Below, piece after piece: positions 9,648 to 19,892 of a stretch of 26,206 nt of DNA. The stretch comes from a virus (Duplodnaviria; Caudoviricetes): IMG/VR virus record IMGVR_UViG_3300030433_002700, positions 1 to 26,206 of that record; one strand, 5' to 3'. The position numbers were made by a program, and so were the translations under genes. Below the pieces are notes generated by a model that had not been told where the DNA came from, did no database searches, and was given only the letters and a program-made list of their open reading frames with translations. Each line of letters opens with the position of its first letter. Within the stretch, counting starts at the first letter, position 1.

Positions 9648-11204
9648 ATGGCAGCAATAATTACTGATCAACTTAGAATTTTGAATGCTAAGAACTTTGT
9701 TGCTGGTGTTACGTCCAGTTCAAATTCTTATTATACATTCATTGGTATTCCCAATGCTACTAATTATCAGTCGGACTGGGACTCAAATCCACCTACTCCG
9801 ATTGATAGTTTTGAGACTTATAATGATACATGGGATTCCATGATCGCAATGAAGAAAATCAATGCGAGTGATGTAACACAGGTTGTTAGAAAAGAAGTCT
9901 GGACTTCTGGAACTACCTATGACATGTATCGTCATGACATTAGTAGAAATAATCCTTCACAACCTTCGGGTTCGTTTGACTTATATTCTGCTAATTACTA
10001 TGTAATGAACAGTGATTATAGAGTCTATGTTTGTCTCTATAATGGTGCAGACCCTGAAAACAATTTTGTTGGTGGTCCTTCACTGGATGAACCTACATTC
10101 ACCGATTTAGAACCAAGAGAGGCAGGTTCTAGTGGTGATGGTTACATCTGGAAGTATCTTTACACGATTAGTCCAAGTCAAGCAATCAAATTTGACTCTA
10201 CAAACTATATTCCTGTTCCTAGTGACTGGTACACAAGTACCAAAGATGCTCCTGTTAGAGATAATGCTGCCACAAGTGGTCAATTAAAGGTCATCACGGT
10301 AAGAAATCGTGGTGTTGGTATTGGAACTGCAAACAGAACATACACCAGAGTCCCAATTAAGGGTGATGGTGATGGTGCAGAGGCCACAATCGTCATTAAT
10401 AACGATTCTAAAGTAGAAAGTATCAATATTTCCAAGGGTGGTTCTGGATATACCTTTGGTACTGTTGATTGGGAAGCCGGTGGAGTCCCAACTGGTACAA
10501 CTTTACCGATTTTCAACGTAATTATTCCACCTCAAGGTGGTCATGGTGCAGATATTTACCAAGAATTGGGTGCGTACAACGTTTTGACGTACTCAAGATT
10601 CGAAAATGATACTGAAAATCCAGATTTTATCACTGGAAACCAATTTGCATCAGTTGGTCTTGTAGAAAATCCATACGCACAGGGTTCTTCCTCTAATTTG
10701 ACCCTTGATAAGGCAAGTGCAGTATATGCTTTGAGACTTACTGGTACTGGATACAGTTCTGCGACATTTGCAGGTGATTCTTACATCACTCAAACGGTCG
10801 GAGTTGGTTCAACAGCCGTTGGTAGAGTCGTTTCTTACGACCAAATCACTGGTGTTTTGAAGTATTGGCAGGATAAGTCCACTGCTGGTTTCAATACTGA
10901 TGGTTCGTTAAATACAGACCCCACATATGGGTTCAAAATGAACAGATTTACCTCCAGTCCAGCCACTGGTGGTAATTTTACGATTGTTGGTGGCAGTACC
11001 AACTTAGGTATTGATACCGTATTTACGGGTGTCTCTACTGTTCTAAATAATCGTACATATTATCTTGGTCAAACTTTCACAAATGGTGTTTCACAACCAG
11101 AATCCGAGAAGTATTCTGGAAACATTATTTTCCTTGACAATAGACCTTCCGTAACAAGGTCTTCCTCACAGAAAGAAGATGTAAAGATTATCTTGCAGTT
11201 CTAA
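9648..11204 (+). CDS. gp8: Baseplate wedge subunit gp8
   Basis: MAAIITDQLRILNAKNF start, W.SGTTYDMY, YYVMNSDYRVYVCLYNG, DGYIWKYLYTI, IIPPQGGHG and C-terminal YSGNIIF.DNR..R...QKEDVKIILQF match cyanophage gp8. Length is 518 aa. Confidence 0.92.
   Translation: MAAIITDQLRILNAKNFVAGVTSSSNSYYTFIGIPNATNYQSDWDSNPPTPIDSFETYNDTWDSMIAMKKINASDVTQVVRKEVWTSGTTYDMYRHDISRNNPSQPSGSFDLYSANYYVMNSDYRVYVCLYNGADPENNFVGGPSLDEPTFTDLEPREAGSSGDGYIWKYLYTISPSQAIKFDSTNYIPVPSDWYTSTKDAPVRDNAATSGQLKVITVRNRGVGIGTANRTYTRVPIKGDGDGAEATIVINNDSKVESINISKGGSGYTFGTVDWEAGGVPTGTTLPIFNVIIPPQGGHGADIYQELGAYNVLTYSRFENDTENPDFITGNQFASVGLVENPYAQGSSSNLTLDKASAVYALRLTGTGYSSATFAGDSYITQTVGVGSTAVGRVVSYDQITGVLKYWQDKSTAGFNTDGSLNTDPTYGFKMNRFTSSPATGGNFTIVGGSTNLGIDTVFTGVSTVLNNRTYYLGQTFTNGVSQPESEKYSGNIIFLDNRPSVTRSSSQKEDVKIILQF
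11042..11049 (+). promoter_or_regulatory. Possible gene-internal late promoter TCTAAATA
   Basis: Same octamer as the one upstream of gp15. It lies about 160 nt upstream of the VrlC-like gene, whose intergenic gap is only 6 nt. Could be a chance match. Confidence 0.35.
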
Positions 11205-11210
11205 AGAATT

Positions 11211-14200
11211 ATGCCACAAGACACTAATCTCAACGTTGCTCCATATTTTGACGATTTCGATCCTCAGAGCAACTATTATAAGGTATTGTTCAAGCCTGGA
11301 TATCCTGTCCAAGCTAGGGAACTCAATAATGTTCAATCTATTCTTCAGAATCAGGTTGAGGACGTAGGTAATCATCTTTTCAAAGAAGGTGCTCAGGTTA
11401 TCCCTGGTAATGTTACCTATAATCAGACTTTTTATGCGATTCAGATCCAAGAAGAGTTTCTTGGTGTTCCTGTTTCTTTATATCTTGACCAATTAGTAGG
11501 TCAGAAGATTAGTGGTAGAGATTCTGGTGTAACTGCTAAAGTTGTCACATATATTACGAATAAAGAGTCGGACAGAGGAAATTATACTCTTTATGTTACC
11601 TATTTTAACTCATCTGAAACAGATGCTGCAACAGAAACTTTCTTTGATAACGAAGTTCTGGTAACTGAAGTTAATATCAACTATGCAACCACCTTTATTT
11701 CTGCTGGTGAAGGTTTTGCAAACACTATTTCAACAGAAGCATCCGCTAAAGGTTCTGCATTTACTCTCAACCAAGGTGTTTATTTCTTGAGAGGTACTTT
11801 TGTTGATGTTAAGGATCAAATTTTGATTCTTGATCAATATTCGAACAGACCTAACTATAGAATCGGTTTACAAGTAACAGAAAGTATCGTATCTTCTGAT
11901 GTAGACCCAACTCTGACAGATAATGCTCAGGGATTCAATAATTTTAGTGCCCCAGGTGCAGATAGATTCAGAATTTCTGCAATTCTGGCAAAAAGACCAT
12001 TAGATGACTTTGATGATAATAACTTTGTTCAGTTATCTGAAGTTATTGATGGTAAACTGAGATCAGATGTCAATAAGACTGAATATAATCTTCTTGCGGA
12101 AGAACTTGCTAGAAGAACTTATGATGAATCTGGTAATTATTACATTAAAGAGTTTACAACTTCTCTTAGAGACAGTTTAAACGATAATGAAGGCAATAGA
12201 GGTATTTACGAGGAGGGTCAGACAACAGCCCAAGGTGAAAAACCAAGTGAAAACCTTGCCATTTACAGAGTCTCTCCTGGTAAGGCATATGTAAAGGGTT
12301 TTGAGACTGAAAATAGATCAACAACTCTTCTTGATTGTCCAAAACCAAGAACTACACGTTTACTTCAAAGTCAAGCCATCAATTTTGGCTTCGGACCTAC
12401 ATTTGAAGTTGATACTGTCTTTGGTTCTGCCACAATTGGTTTCAATACCTCAAATACACTGAGTTTGAGAGATCAGAGAGTTTCAGTTAATGGAACTGCT
12501 GCTGGTAAAGAGATTGGTGTTGCCAGAATTTACGATTTTGCCCTGGAATCTGGTTCTTATGACACTACAAACTCAAATCTGAACAAATGGGACCTTTCAC
12601 TCTTTGATGTTCAAACAAATACTGATCTTACGGTCAACGAAAACGTTGATCTGACACTTCCAGCTTATATTCAGGGTGAATCTAGTGGAGCAACTGCATA
12701 TCTTAGGAGTCCAGTAAGTGCGGGAACTGCAGTCACTGCATACAACGTAAAAGGCAACTTCTTTATTGGTGAAAACCTGGTATTCAATGGAGTCAAGGAT
12801 AATGACAGATATGTAACCGATATTAGGTCATACGGTAACTCTGATATCCAGTCAGTTTACGGTATTGTTGGTTCGGCAAATACATTTACTGCTAACACTA
12901 TTCCAAAATCACTTACCACTGTTGGAAATGCAACACTGACACCTGGTGATCAAGCAACTGGTGTTTCTACAGTCACTAATCCTTCAGTATCGTTTATTGG
13001 TATTGCAACAGTCGGTAATCTGGTTCAATACACCACCACTTCAAGTACAGTTCCTTCTATCGGTAAAATTACCGAGAACACTGGTTCTGCTCTGAAGATT
13101 GTTGGTGTTACAACTGTAACTGGTGTTGTGGAGGGTTCTGTTCCAACTGCATTAACCTCTGTAAATGATTTTGCAATTGTAGGTACAAAGATTCAGAGAA
13201 ACTTTGGTAGTGGAAACGAATCTACAAATCAATCACTTTATAGTATCTTCCCTAAGAAGAATGTTTCTTCAGTAGACCTTTCTTCTTCTAACCTTGTCAT
13301 CAGAAGACAATTCCAAACTTCTATCAGTTCTGATGGTGAGACACCTGCAATTGATGCAGGAACTAATGAGACTTTCCTTCCATTTGATGAGGAAAGATAT
13401 ATTCTTATCCGTTCTGACGGTACTACCGAAGTTCTGACCTCTGATAAAGTTGTTCTTTCCAATGGTTCAACCACTATTCAGATTATTGGCCTCTCTGGTG
13501 CTGATACTGCTGGTACTATTCTGATTGCAACTCTGAGAAAGAGTTCTGTTACTGCAAAGGTCAAGAGAAAGTCTATCTCTAATGACCTGATCGTCAATAA
13601 GTCCAAACTTTCTGCTTCTGGAACTAATGCAGGTTTTGCAGGAACCACTCTGAATGATGGTCTCCTCTATGGTAACTATCCATTCGGTACAAGAGTTCAG
13701 GATAGTGTTATTTCACTGAACGTTCCTGATGTAGTAGATATTCATGGTATCTTTGAATCTACTAATACAAGTGCTGCAGAGTCACCTAGTGCAGTTCTTG
13801 GTTCTTTTGATGGACCTACTGCAACATCAAATGATTTGATTATTGGTGAAACAATCACTGGTACGATTAGTGGTGCAAAAGCAATCTACCTGGTTAAGAA
13901 GAGTGACACTACTGTTGGATTTATTTTCCTGAATAGTACTTCTTTCGAAATTGGAGAAGTTGTTCAGTTTAGTCAGTCTGGTGTTAGTGCAATTGTAAAT
14001 GTCGTTAATGCTGGTTCTGTAGACATCACAGACCAATACACATTTGATAATGGTCAAAGAGAGACTATTTACGATTACTCTAGACTCATAAGAAAACCAG
14101 GATTTGATGCTCCTACAAGACAGATAAGAGTCTACTATTCTAAAGCCTTCTACGATTCGGCTGACACTGGTGATATCACTGTCGTTAACTCTTATAATTC

Positions 14201-17200
14201 GTTTGATTACAGTACTGAAATCAATGCTATTGACGGTGTCAGAAACACCGACATGGTTGATGCGAGACCAAGAGTTAAAGATTATTCAATCACTGCAAAC
14301 TCCAGATCTCCTCTGGAGTTCTATGGAAGAGATTTTGATGGTGGTGTAACTGGTCAACATAGTTCAAAGGATGTCATCGCTTCAGACGAGTCTATAACTG
14401 TAGATTTCAATTACTATCTTGGAAGAGCTGATAGAATCTATCTGTCTCCAGATGGTGTTTTGAGTGTCAAGTTTGGTGCTCCATCAGATGATCCAAAACT
14501 TCCTGATGAAGTTAGTGGAGCTCTGAACATTGCAAACGTATTCCTTCCAGCTTATCTGTACACTACAGAAGATGCGAGAGTATCTGTAGTACAACATAAG
14601 AGATATCAGATGAGAGATATCTCCAAGTTGGAACAAAGAATCAAGAACCTTGAGTATTATAGTTCACTTAGTTTGATTGAAACTAATACTCTGAACTTGT
14701 TTGTTCCCGACTCTAATGGTCTGAATAGATTCAAGAGTGGTATCTTCATTGATAACTTCAGTACTCTGAATCCTCAGGATACCAGTATTGGTGTTAGAAA
14801 TAGTGTTGACCTCAAGAATAGAATTCTGAGACCTTCTCACTATACAACGGCCATCAATCTTCAAGTTGCTTCAACTGCAGTTGCTGGTATTGGTACAACA
14901 ACTCAAGCAAATCAAGACTCTAGATTTGCGAAGATTAGTGCAGAGGGTGTAAAGAGAACGGGTCAAACTCTGACTCTTGATTATTCTGACTCATCTTGGT
15001 TGACTCAACCATTTGCTACCAGAACTGAAAGTGTAACTCCTTTCCTGGTTCAATTCTGGAATGGTACTATCACACTTGAACCCGATGTTGATGTTTGGAT
15101 CGATGTCAATAGACTCGAAACCCGAACTGTAGAAAACGAAGGTGCATTTGAAGCTATTGCATCTGCACTTCAAGCAGAAGTTACTACAGCAGAAGATGGA
15201 ACTAGACTTGGTGTAACACCTGTTCAGTGGGATTCATGGGAAACTGTTGGTGTTAACGTTGATCTTGAAACTGATAGTACTGGTCAAATCAGAACTCTGA
15301 CTCGTGAAGAGATTAACCAAGCTGGTCTCAGAGCACCATGGGGTGCAAGTGGTGCTGCAACTAACATCAGAAATACTACAGCACTGGATCAACAGAGAAC
15401 TGGTTCTCAGTCAACTATTACTGAAGTTATCAACAATGAAACTCTTGGTGACAGAGTTGTAAGTAGAGAACTGGTTCACTTTATCAGATCTCGTAATATT
15501 GAGTATACTGGTAAGAAACTGAAACCTTTCACACAGGTATACCCATTCTTCGATGGTGTTGATGTTTCTGAATTTGTATTCAGTAAGTTGATCGAAATCG
15601 AAATGATCGACGGAACATTCACTGTTGGTGAAACGGTTTCTGGTGATATGCCATCAACCAACAATACTGAGAATGTTACACAATTAACTATTCCATCAAT
15701 TACGTTTAGAGTAGCTAATGCAAATCATAAGTATGGTCCATATAATGACCCAACTGATTTCTTTGATAACAATCCTTATACTAGACAACTTACTATCCCA
15801 TCAACTTATTCTGAGACCTCTACAATTCTGAACATTGATACATTCAGTCTTCAGAATGAGGAACAACCAGAATTTGAAGGTAGAATTAGACCTGGTATGA
15901 TTCTTACTGGTGGGACCAGTGGAGCATCTGCAAGAGTTAGTAACGTCAGACTGATTACTGACAGAGTTGGTACTTTGATTGGTTCATTCAGAGTTCCTGA
16001 TGTCTCTGATCTCAAGAACCCTGTATTTGAAACTGGTAGATCTACTTTCAAACTTACCAATGATCCAACCAATAGTCCTGTTGAAGGATTTGCTACAACG
16101 GCGGGTGAAGAAATCTTCTACTCCGAAGGTAGTATTGACAACACTCAAGAAGTAACTCTGTCACTCAGAAATGCAAGAGTTGAAGTCAACAATGAATTCC
16201 AAGAGACTAGACAACTTAGTGATACTGGTGAAGCTCTCATCTTGAATGATGTTACAATCAATCCTCCCCCACCACCACCATCTCCACCAGGTCCTCCACC
16301 AGGTCCTCCACAGGGTCGTGACCCTCTCGCACAAACATTCTTTGTCGATGATGAGACTGGTGTCTTTATCACTAAGGTTGATGTATTCTTCTCAGAGAAG
16401 GATGATAATCTCCCTGTGATTGCTCAGATCAGAGAGACCACAATTGGTACTCCAAATCTGACAATCCTCCCATATTCTGAAGTTGAGATTGAATCGAAGG
16501 ACGTTAATCTTTCCACTGATGGAACTGTTCCAACGACAATCACATTCGAAGCTCCTGTATATGTTTCTGGTCAGAAAGAATATGCACTTGTTCTTCTCTC
16601 AGACTCTACAGAATATAGAGTATGGATTTCAAGACTCGGTGAAGCTGATGTTACAACTTTAGATTCAGAGTCTGGTCAAAAACTGGTATCGAAACAACCT
16701 ATTCTTGGTTCACTGTTCAAGTCACAGAACGCAAGTGTTTGGACACCATCTCAGTATGAGGATCTTAAGTTCAATCTTTACAGAGCGAACTTCACAGGAC
16801 AAGGTTTCGTTGGTTTCTTCAACCCACAACTTCCTAGTTCACTCTCTCGTATTAGTAAGGATGGTCTGACCATTCAGTCAAGAAACCTGAGTGTTGGTAT
16901 TGGAACCACAGTTGTAGAACCCGACCTTGAGTTTGGTAATACTATCTTACAGGTAGGTAAGAATAATAGTGGTACATTAGTTGGATACGCAGGTTCTGCA
17001 ACTTCAACACTTTCTATCACAAATGCAGGTGTTGGTTATACACCTTCCTCTGGTGGTTATACATTTGCTGGTGTTGCTCTTACCTCAGTAACTGGTAACG
17101 GTATTAATGCTACCGCTGACATTTATGTTGAGGGTGGTGTTGCAGTTGGTGCTACTATCAACGAAGGTGGTAAGGGATACACCATTGGTGATGTTCTGAG

Positions 17201-18773
17201 ACCTCTGACAGTTGGTAATACCCAACTTGGAAGAAACATGAAACTCTCTGTAAGTGAGATTTCTGGTAACAACGAACTGATCATTGACAATGTTCAAGGT
17301 GAGTTCGATACTTCCACACAACTCTCTTACATCAATAAGGCAGGTATTACTACAACTATCAACAGTGGTATTGGTGGTAATGCAATCCCAGTTTCACCAA
17401 TCAGAGTGAACACTGATGGTCTCCATATTGAAGTATTCCAGAGAAACCACGGAATGCACACCAGAATCAACCAAGTCACTCTGAGTGATATTGCTTCTGA
17501 TGTTTCACCAACTACCCTTGCCGTAGATTACTCTAAGTCATCAACTGGTAGTATTAGTATTGGTAACTCTACCGTATTCGGTCAGTTTGAAGGTGTTGGT
17601 GTTGGAACTACCAACCCAGGATATGCCAAGATTGGTAAGGAAGTCATCTCCTACACTGGAGTTGCTGCTAACACTCTGACTGGTATTACAAGAGGTATCG
17701 ATAATACACAGGCAACCAACCACTCCTCATCAGATCTTGTTTATAAGTATGAACTTGATGGTGTTTCGTTGAGAAGAATTAATAGAACACACAGTCTCGG
17801 TGATGTAACCAAGTCCAATCCTATCGGTCTTGACTACTACAACATCAAGGTTGACTTTGATGATACTGACTATGGTACTGATAGAGGATCAGGTTCTGAG
17901 TTAGGTGCTAGATTCTTCAGTACTAATGCCAAGGGTGGTGGAATCGCTGCGAAAGGTACTTACAACTTACCTTTCAACCTGATGATTCCTAAGATCAATA
18001 CTATTGAACCTAAGGGAACTGATGTTGTCATTCAGGCAAGAACGATTTCTGAAACCAGTATCTCTGGAGCAGAAGCTTCTTTCGTTGACAAAGGATATAT
18101 CGAAGTTACAAACTTCCAAAAGAACTACTTCGAAGATCCTAGAATGATCGCTTCTCAGATTAATGAGAACACATATCTTTCTACACAACCTGGTAACAAG
18201 TCATTGACTGTTGGTGTCAACTTCTTCACATCTGACAATAGACTGTCACCAGCTATTGACCTTGATAATTCTTCTATCGTATTTGTAACTAACAGAGTTA
18301 ATGCTCCTGTTACAGACTACGCAAGTGATCCTAGAGTCAATACTACTGTTGATGATCCAAACAACTTCACTTATGTAAGTAAGAATGTTCTCCTTGAGAA
18401 CCCAGCAACTGGTCTTAAAGTTTATCTGGACGCTTACATCTCTAGATACAATGATGTCAGAGTATTCTACGCACTTGATCAAGAGGATTCATTGGCAGAT
18501 GAAACCGTATTCGTTCCATTCCCAGGTTATGGTAACTTCGATATTGATGGTAATCTGATCAGTCAAACCGATAGTGATGGTTCATCTGATATTAACATTC
18601 CTAAGTATGACACATTGATTCCTGTTCCTGCCATTGATCAATTCAGAGAGTACACATTTACTAATGATAACCTCCCTGCATTCAAGTCATTTAGGATCAA
18701 GATCATCGGAACATCGACTAACCAGTCAATTGTTCCACAAATTAGAAACTTGAGAACGATCGCACTAGCATAA
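11211..18773 (+). CDS. VrlC-like / DUF4815-family large virion structural protein
   Basis: N-terminal LNVAPYFDDFD..NYYKVLFKPGYPVQARELN..QSILQNQ, APGADR, LARRTYDESGNY, KRY.MRDI.KLE.RI.NLEYY, RFKSG.F.DNF, DPLAQTF, GSLFKSQN..WT..QYEDLKF and C-terminal P.I.NLR.IALA. It sits between gp8 and gp13, as in T4-like cyanophages. Confidence 0.85.
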   Translation: MPQDTNLNVAPYFDDFDPQSNYYKVLFKPGYPVQARELNNVQSILQNQVEDVGNHLFKEGAQVIPGNVTYNQTFYAIQIQEEFLGVPVSLYLDQLVGQKISGRDSGVTAKVVTYITNKESDRGNYTLYVTYFNSSETDAATETFFDNEVLVTEVNINYATTFISAGEGFANTISTEASAKGSAFTLNQGVYFLRGTFVDVKDQILILDQYSNRPNYRIGLQVTESIVSSDVDPTLTDNAQGFNNFSAPGADRFRISAILAKRPLDDFDDNNFVQLSEVIDGKLRSDVNKTEYNLLAEELARRTYDESGNYYIKEFTTSLRDSLNDNEGNRGIYEEGQTTAQGEKPSENLAIYRVSPGKAYVKGFETENRSTTLLDCPKPRTTRLLQSQAINFGFGPTFEVDTVFGSATIGFNTSNTLSLRDQRVSVNGTAAGKEIGVARIYDFALESGSYDTTNSNLNKWDLSLFDVQTNTDLTVNENVDLTLPAYIQGESSGATAYLRSPVSAGTAVTAYNVKGNFFIGENLVFNGVKDNDRYVTDIRSYGNSDIQSVYGIVGSANTFTANTIPKSLTTVGNATLTPGDQATGVSTVTNPSVSFIGIATVGNLVQYTTTSSTVPSIGKITENTGSALKIVGVTTVTGVVEGSVPTALTSVNDFAIVGTKIQRNFGSGNESTNQSLYSIFPKKNVSSVDLSSSNLVIRRQFQTSISSDGETPAIDAGTNETFLPFDEERYILIRSDGTTEVLTSDKVVLSNGSTTIQIIGLSGADTAGTILIATLRKSSVTAKVKRKSISNDLIVNKSKLSASGTNAGFAGTTLNDGLLYGNYPFGTRVQDSVISLNVPDVVDIHGIFESTNTSAAESPSAVLGSFDGPTATSNDLIIGETITGTISGAKAIYLVKKSDTTVGFIFLNSTSFEIGEVVQFSQSGVSAIVNVVNAGSVDITDQYTFDNGQRETIYDYSRLIRKPGFDAPTRQIRVYYSKAFYDSADTGDITVVNSYNSFDYSTEINAIDGVRNTDMVDARPRVKDYSITANSRSPLEFYGRDFDGGVTGQHSSKDVIASDESITVDFNYYLGRADRIYLSPDGVLSVKFGAPSDDPKLPDEVSGALNIANVFLPAYLYTTEDARVSVVQHKRYQMRDISKLEQRIKNLEYYSSLSLIETNTLNLFVPDSNGLNRFKSGIFIDNFSTLNPQDTSIGVRNSVDLKNRILRPSHYTTAINLQVASTAVAGIGTTTQANQDSRFAKISAEGVKRTGQTLTLDYSDSSWLTQPFATRTESVTPFLVQFWNGTITLEPDVDVWIDVNRLETRTVENEGAFEAIASALQAEVTTAEDGTRLGVTPVQWDSWETVGVNVDLETDSTGQIRTLTREEINQAGLRAPWGASGAATNIRNTTALDQQRTGSQSTITEVINNETLGDRVVSRELVHFIRSRNIEYTGKKLKPFTQVYPFFDGVDVSEFVFSKLIEIEMIDGTFTVGETVSGDMPSTNNTENVTQLTIPSITFRVANANHKYGPYNDPTDFFDNNPYTRQLTIPSTYSETSTILNIDTFSLQNEEQPEFEGRIRPGMILTGGTSGASARVSNVRLITDRVGTLIGSFRVPDVSDLKNPVFETGRSTFKLTNDPTNSPVEGFATTAGEEIFYSEGSIDNTQEVTLSLRNARVEVNNEFQETRQLSDTGEALILNDVTINPPPPPPSPPGPPPGPPQGRDPLAQTFFVDDETGVFITKVDVFFSEKDDNLPVIAQIRETTIGTPNLTILPYSEVEIESKDVNLSTDGTVPTTITFEAPVYVSGQKEYALVLLSDSTEYRVWISRLGEADVTTLDSESGQKLVSKQPILGSLFKSQNASVWTPSQYEDLKFNLYRANFTGQGFVGFFNPQLPSSLSRISKDGLTIQSRNLSVGIGTTVVEPDLEFGNTILQVGKNNSGTLVGYAGSATSTLSITNAGVGYTPSSGGYTFAGVALTSVTGNGINATADIYVEGGVAVGATINEGGKGYTIGDVLRPLTVGNTQLGRNMKLSVSEISGNNELIIDNVQGEFDTSTQLSYINKAGITTTINSGIGGNAIPVSPIRVNTDGLHIEVFQRNHGMHTRINQVTLSDIASDVSPTTLAVDYSKSSTGSISIGNSTVFGQFEGVGVGTTNPGYAKIGKEVISYTGVAANTLTGITRGIDNTQATNHSSSDLVYKYELDGVSLRRINRTHSLGDVTKSNPIGLDYYNIKVDFDDTDYGTDRGSGSELGARFFSTNAKGGGIAAKGTYNLPFNLMIPKINTIEPKGTDVVIQARTISETSISGAEASFVDKGYIEVTNFQKNYFEDPRMIASQINENTYLSTQPGNKSLTVGVNFFTSDNRLSPAIDLDNSSIVFVTNRVNAPVTDYASDPRVNTTVDDPNNFTYVSKNVLLENPATGLKVYLDAYISRYNDVRVFYALDQEDSLADETVFVPFPGYGNFDIDGNLISQTDSDGSSDINIPKYDTLIPVPAIDQFREYTFTNDNLPAFKSFRIKIIGTSTNQSIVPQIRNLRTIALA
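16263..16316 (+). repeat. Proline-rich low-complexity tract with a 12-bp tandem repeat (CCACCAGGTCCT x2, 16284-16307)
   Basis: Encodes PPPPPPSPPGPPPGPPQG; locally C-rich in an AT-rich background. Confidence 0.9.
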
Positions 18774-19000
18774 TGGCACTGATACCAATTGATGGAAAGG
18801 ATGGGTATTTTAGAGATACCCATTCTAAGGCAATAATTAACAAAAATGCCAATGATTTTAATACCTATATGACCAATCGTAATAGACTTTCTTCAGATAA
18901 AGAGAGAATTGATACCATTGAGACTGAACTTGATGGTATCAAAGGTGATTTGAGTGACATTAAGACGATGCTCCAACATTTTATGGATAAACATAAATAG
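18773..19000 (+). CDS. Small hypothetical protein with C-terminal coiled coil
   Basis: 75 aa. TAATG stop/start overlap with the VrlC-like gene. RD..SKAIIN motif and heptad pattern IDTIETELDGIKGDLSDIKTML. Confidence 0.8.
   Translation: MALIPIDGKDGYFRDTHSKAIINKNANDFNTYMTNRNRLSSDKERIDTIETELDGIKGDLSDIKTMLQHFMDKHK
18992..18999 (+). promoter_or_regulatory. Late promoter CATAAATA upstream of gp13
   Basis: NATAAATA match overlapping the last codons and stop of the 75-aa gene, 19 nt before the gp13 ATG. A second TATAAAT at 19014-19020 overlaps the ATG. Confidence 0.7.
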
Positions 19001-19018
19001 AGAAAAAGTGTTCTATAA

Positions 19019-19891
19019 ATGGCTAAACCCGCTTCTAGACAACAACTGATCGATTACTGTAAGAGACAGTTGGGTTATCCTGTCTTGGAAATCAATGTTG
19101 CCGATGAACAGATTGAAGATTTGGTGGATGATGCCATTCAATTGTTCAATGAGAGACATTTTGACGGTGTAAATAAGGTTTTTCTGAAATATCAGCTAAC
19201 TCAGGACGATATTGACCGTGGTATGGCCCGTCCACCTGGTGCTTCTGGTACTAATACTGTAGGAATTGCGTCTACATCTGCCACTGCATCGATTGTTGGG
19301 TCTAATACGACCTTCACATATCACGAAAATAGTAATTTTCTGGCAGTTCCACCCGATATTATCGGAGTTGAGAAGGTTTTTCAGTTCAATAATACGTTAG
19401 GAACAGGAATGTTCAACGTAAAATATCAATTTTTCCTAAATGATGTGTTTGGATTGTGGGGAGGAGTCACTGCAGCCTCTGGATATGACATGTTGTCGTA
19501 TTCTATGACCATGAGTTACCTGGAAACGATGAATTTCCTCTTAAATACTCATAAACACATCAGATTTAACCAAAGACAAGACAGATTATACCTCGATATT
19601 GACTATTCTACTGTAAGTGCAGGTGAATTTTTGGTCATTGAGTGTTATAGAGCCATGGATGGTACTGATTATACTGGAGTTTGGAACGATTCCTTCCTAA
19701 AACCATACCTTACGGCCCTAATTAAGAGACAATGGGGTCAAAATATGATGAAATTCCAAGGAGTTAAGTTACCTGGTGGTATTGAACTCAATGGAAGACA
19801 GATGTATGAAGATGCAGAGAGAGAATTAGAGGTAATTAGAGAGAAAATGTCCAATACTTATGAACTTCCTCCAATGGACATGATTGGTTGA
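19019..19891 (+). CDS. gp13: Neck protein gp13 (head-tail adaptor)
   Basis: P.SRQQLIDYCKRQLGYPVLEINV..EQIEDLVDDAIQ.F.ERHFDG and K.Y.TALIKRQWGQNM.KF.GV.LPGG.ELNG..Y.DA are T4 gp13-family motifs. Confidence 0.95.
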   Translation: MAKPASRQQLIDYCKRQLGYPVLEINVADEQIEDLVDDAIQLFNERHFDGVNKVFLKYQLTQDDIDRGMARPPGASGTNTVGIASTSATASIVGSNTTFTYHENSNFLAVPPDIIGVEKVFQFNNTLGTGMFNVKYQFFLNDVFGLWGGVTAASGYDMLSYSMTMSYLETMNFLLNTHKHIRFNQRQDRLYLDIDYSTVSAGEFLVIECYRAMDGTDYTGVWNDSFLKPYLTALIKRQWGQNMMKFQGVKLPGGIELNGRQMYEDAERELEVIREKMSNTYELPPMDMIG

Positions 19892-19892
19892 T

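Noticed and set aside
16263-16316. Collagen-like domain
   Set aside because: Gly spacing is 4 (PPGP) rather than a sustained Gly-X-Y triplet, and the tract is too short.
19168-19547. TAAATA cores inside gp13 (TGTAAATA at 19168, CTTAAATA at 19540)
   Set aside because: They are gene-internal, far from start codons, weaker matches, and expected by chance in AT-rich DNA.
19884-19892. TTG start for gp14 given by the ORF track
   Set aside because: The ATG at 19893 gives the family-typical MLNPFF start and follows the gp13 stop by 1 nt.
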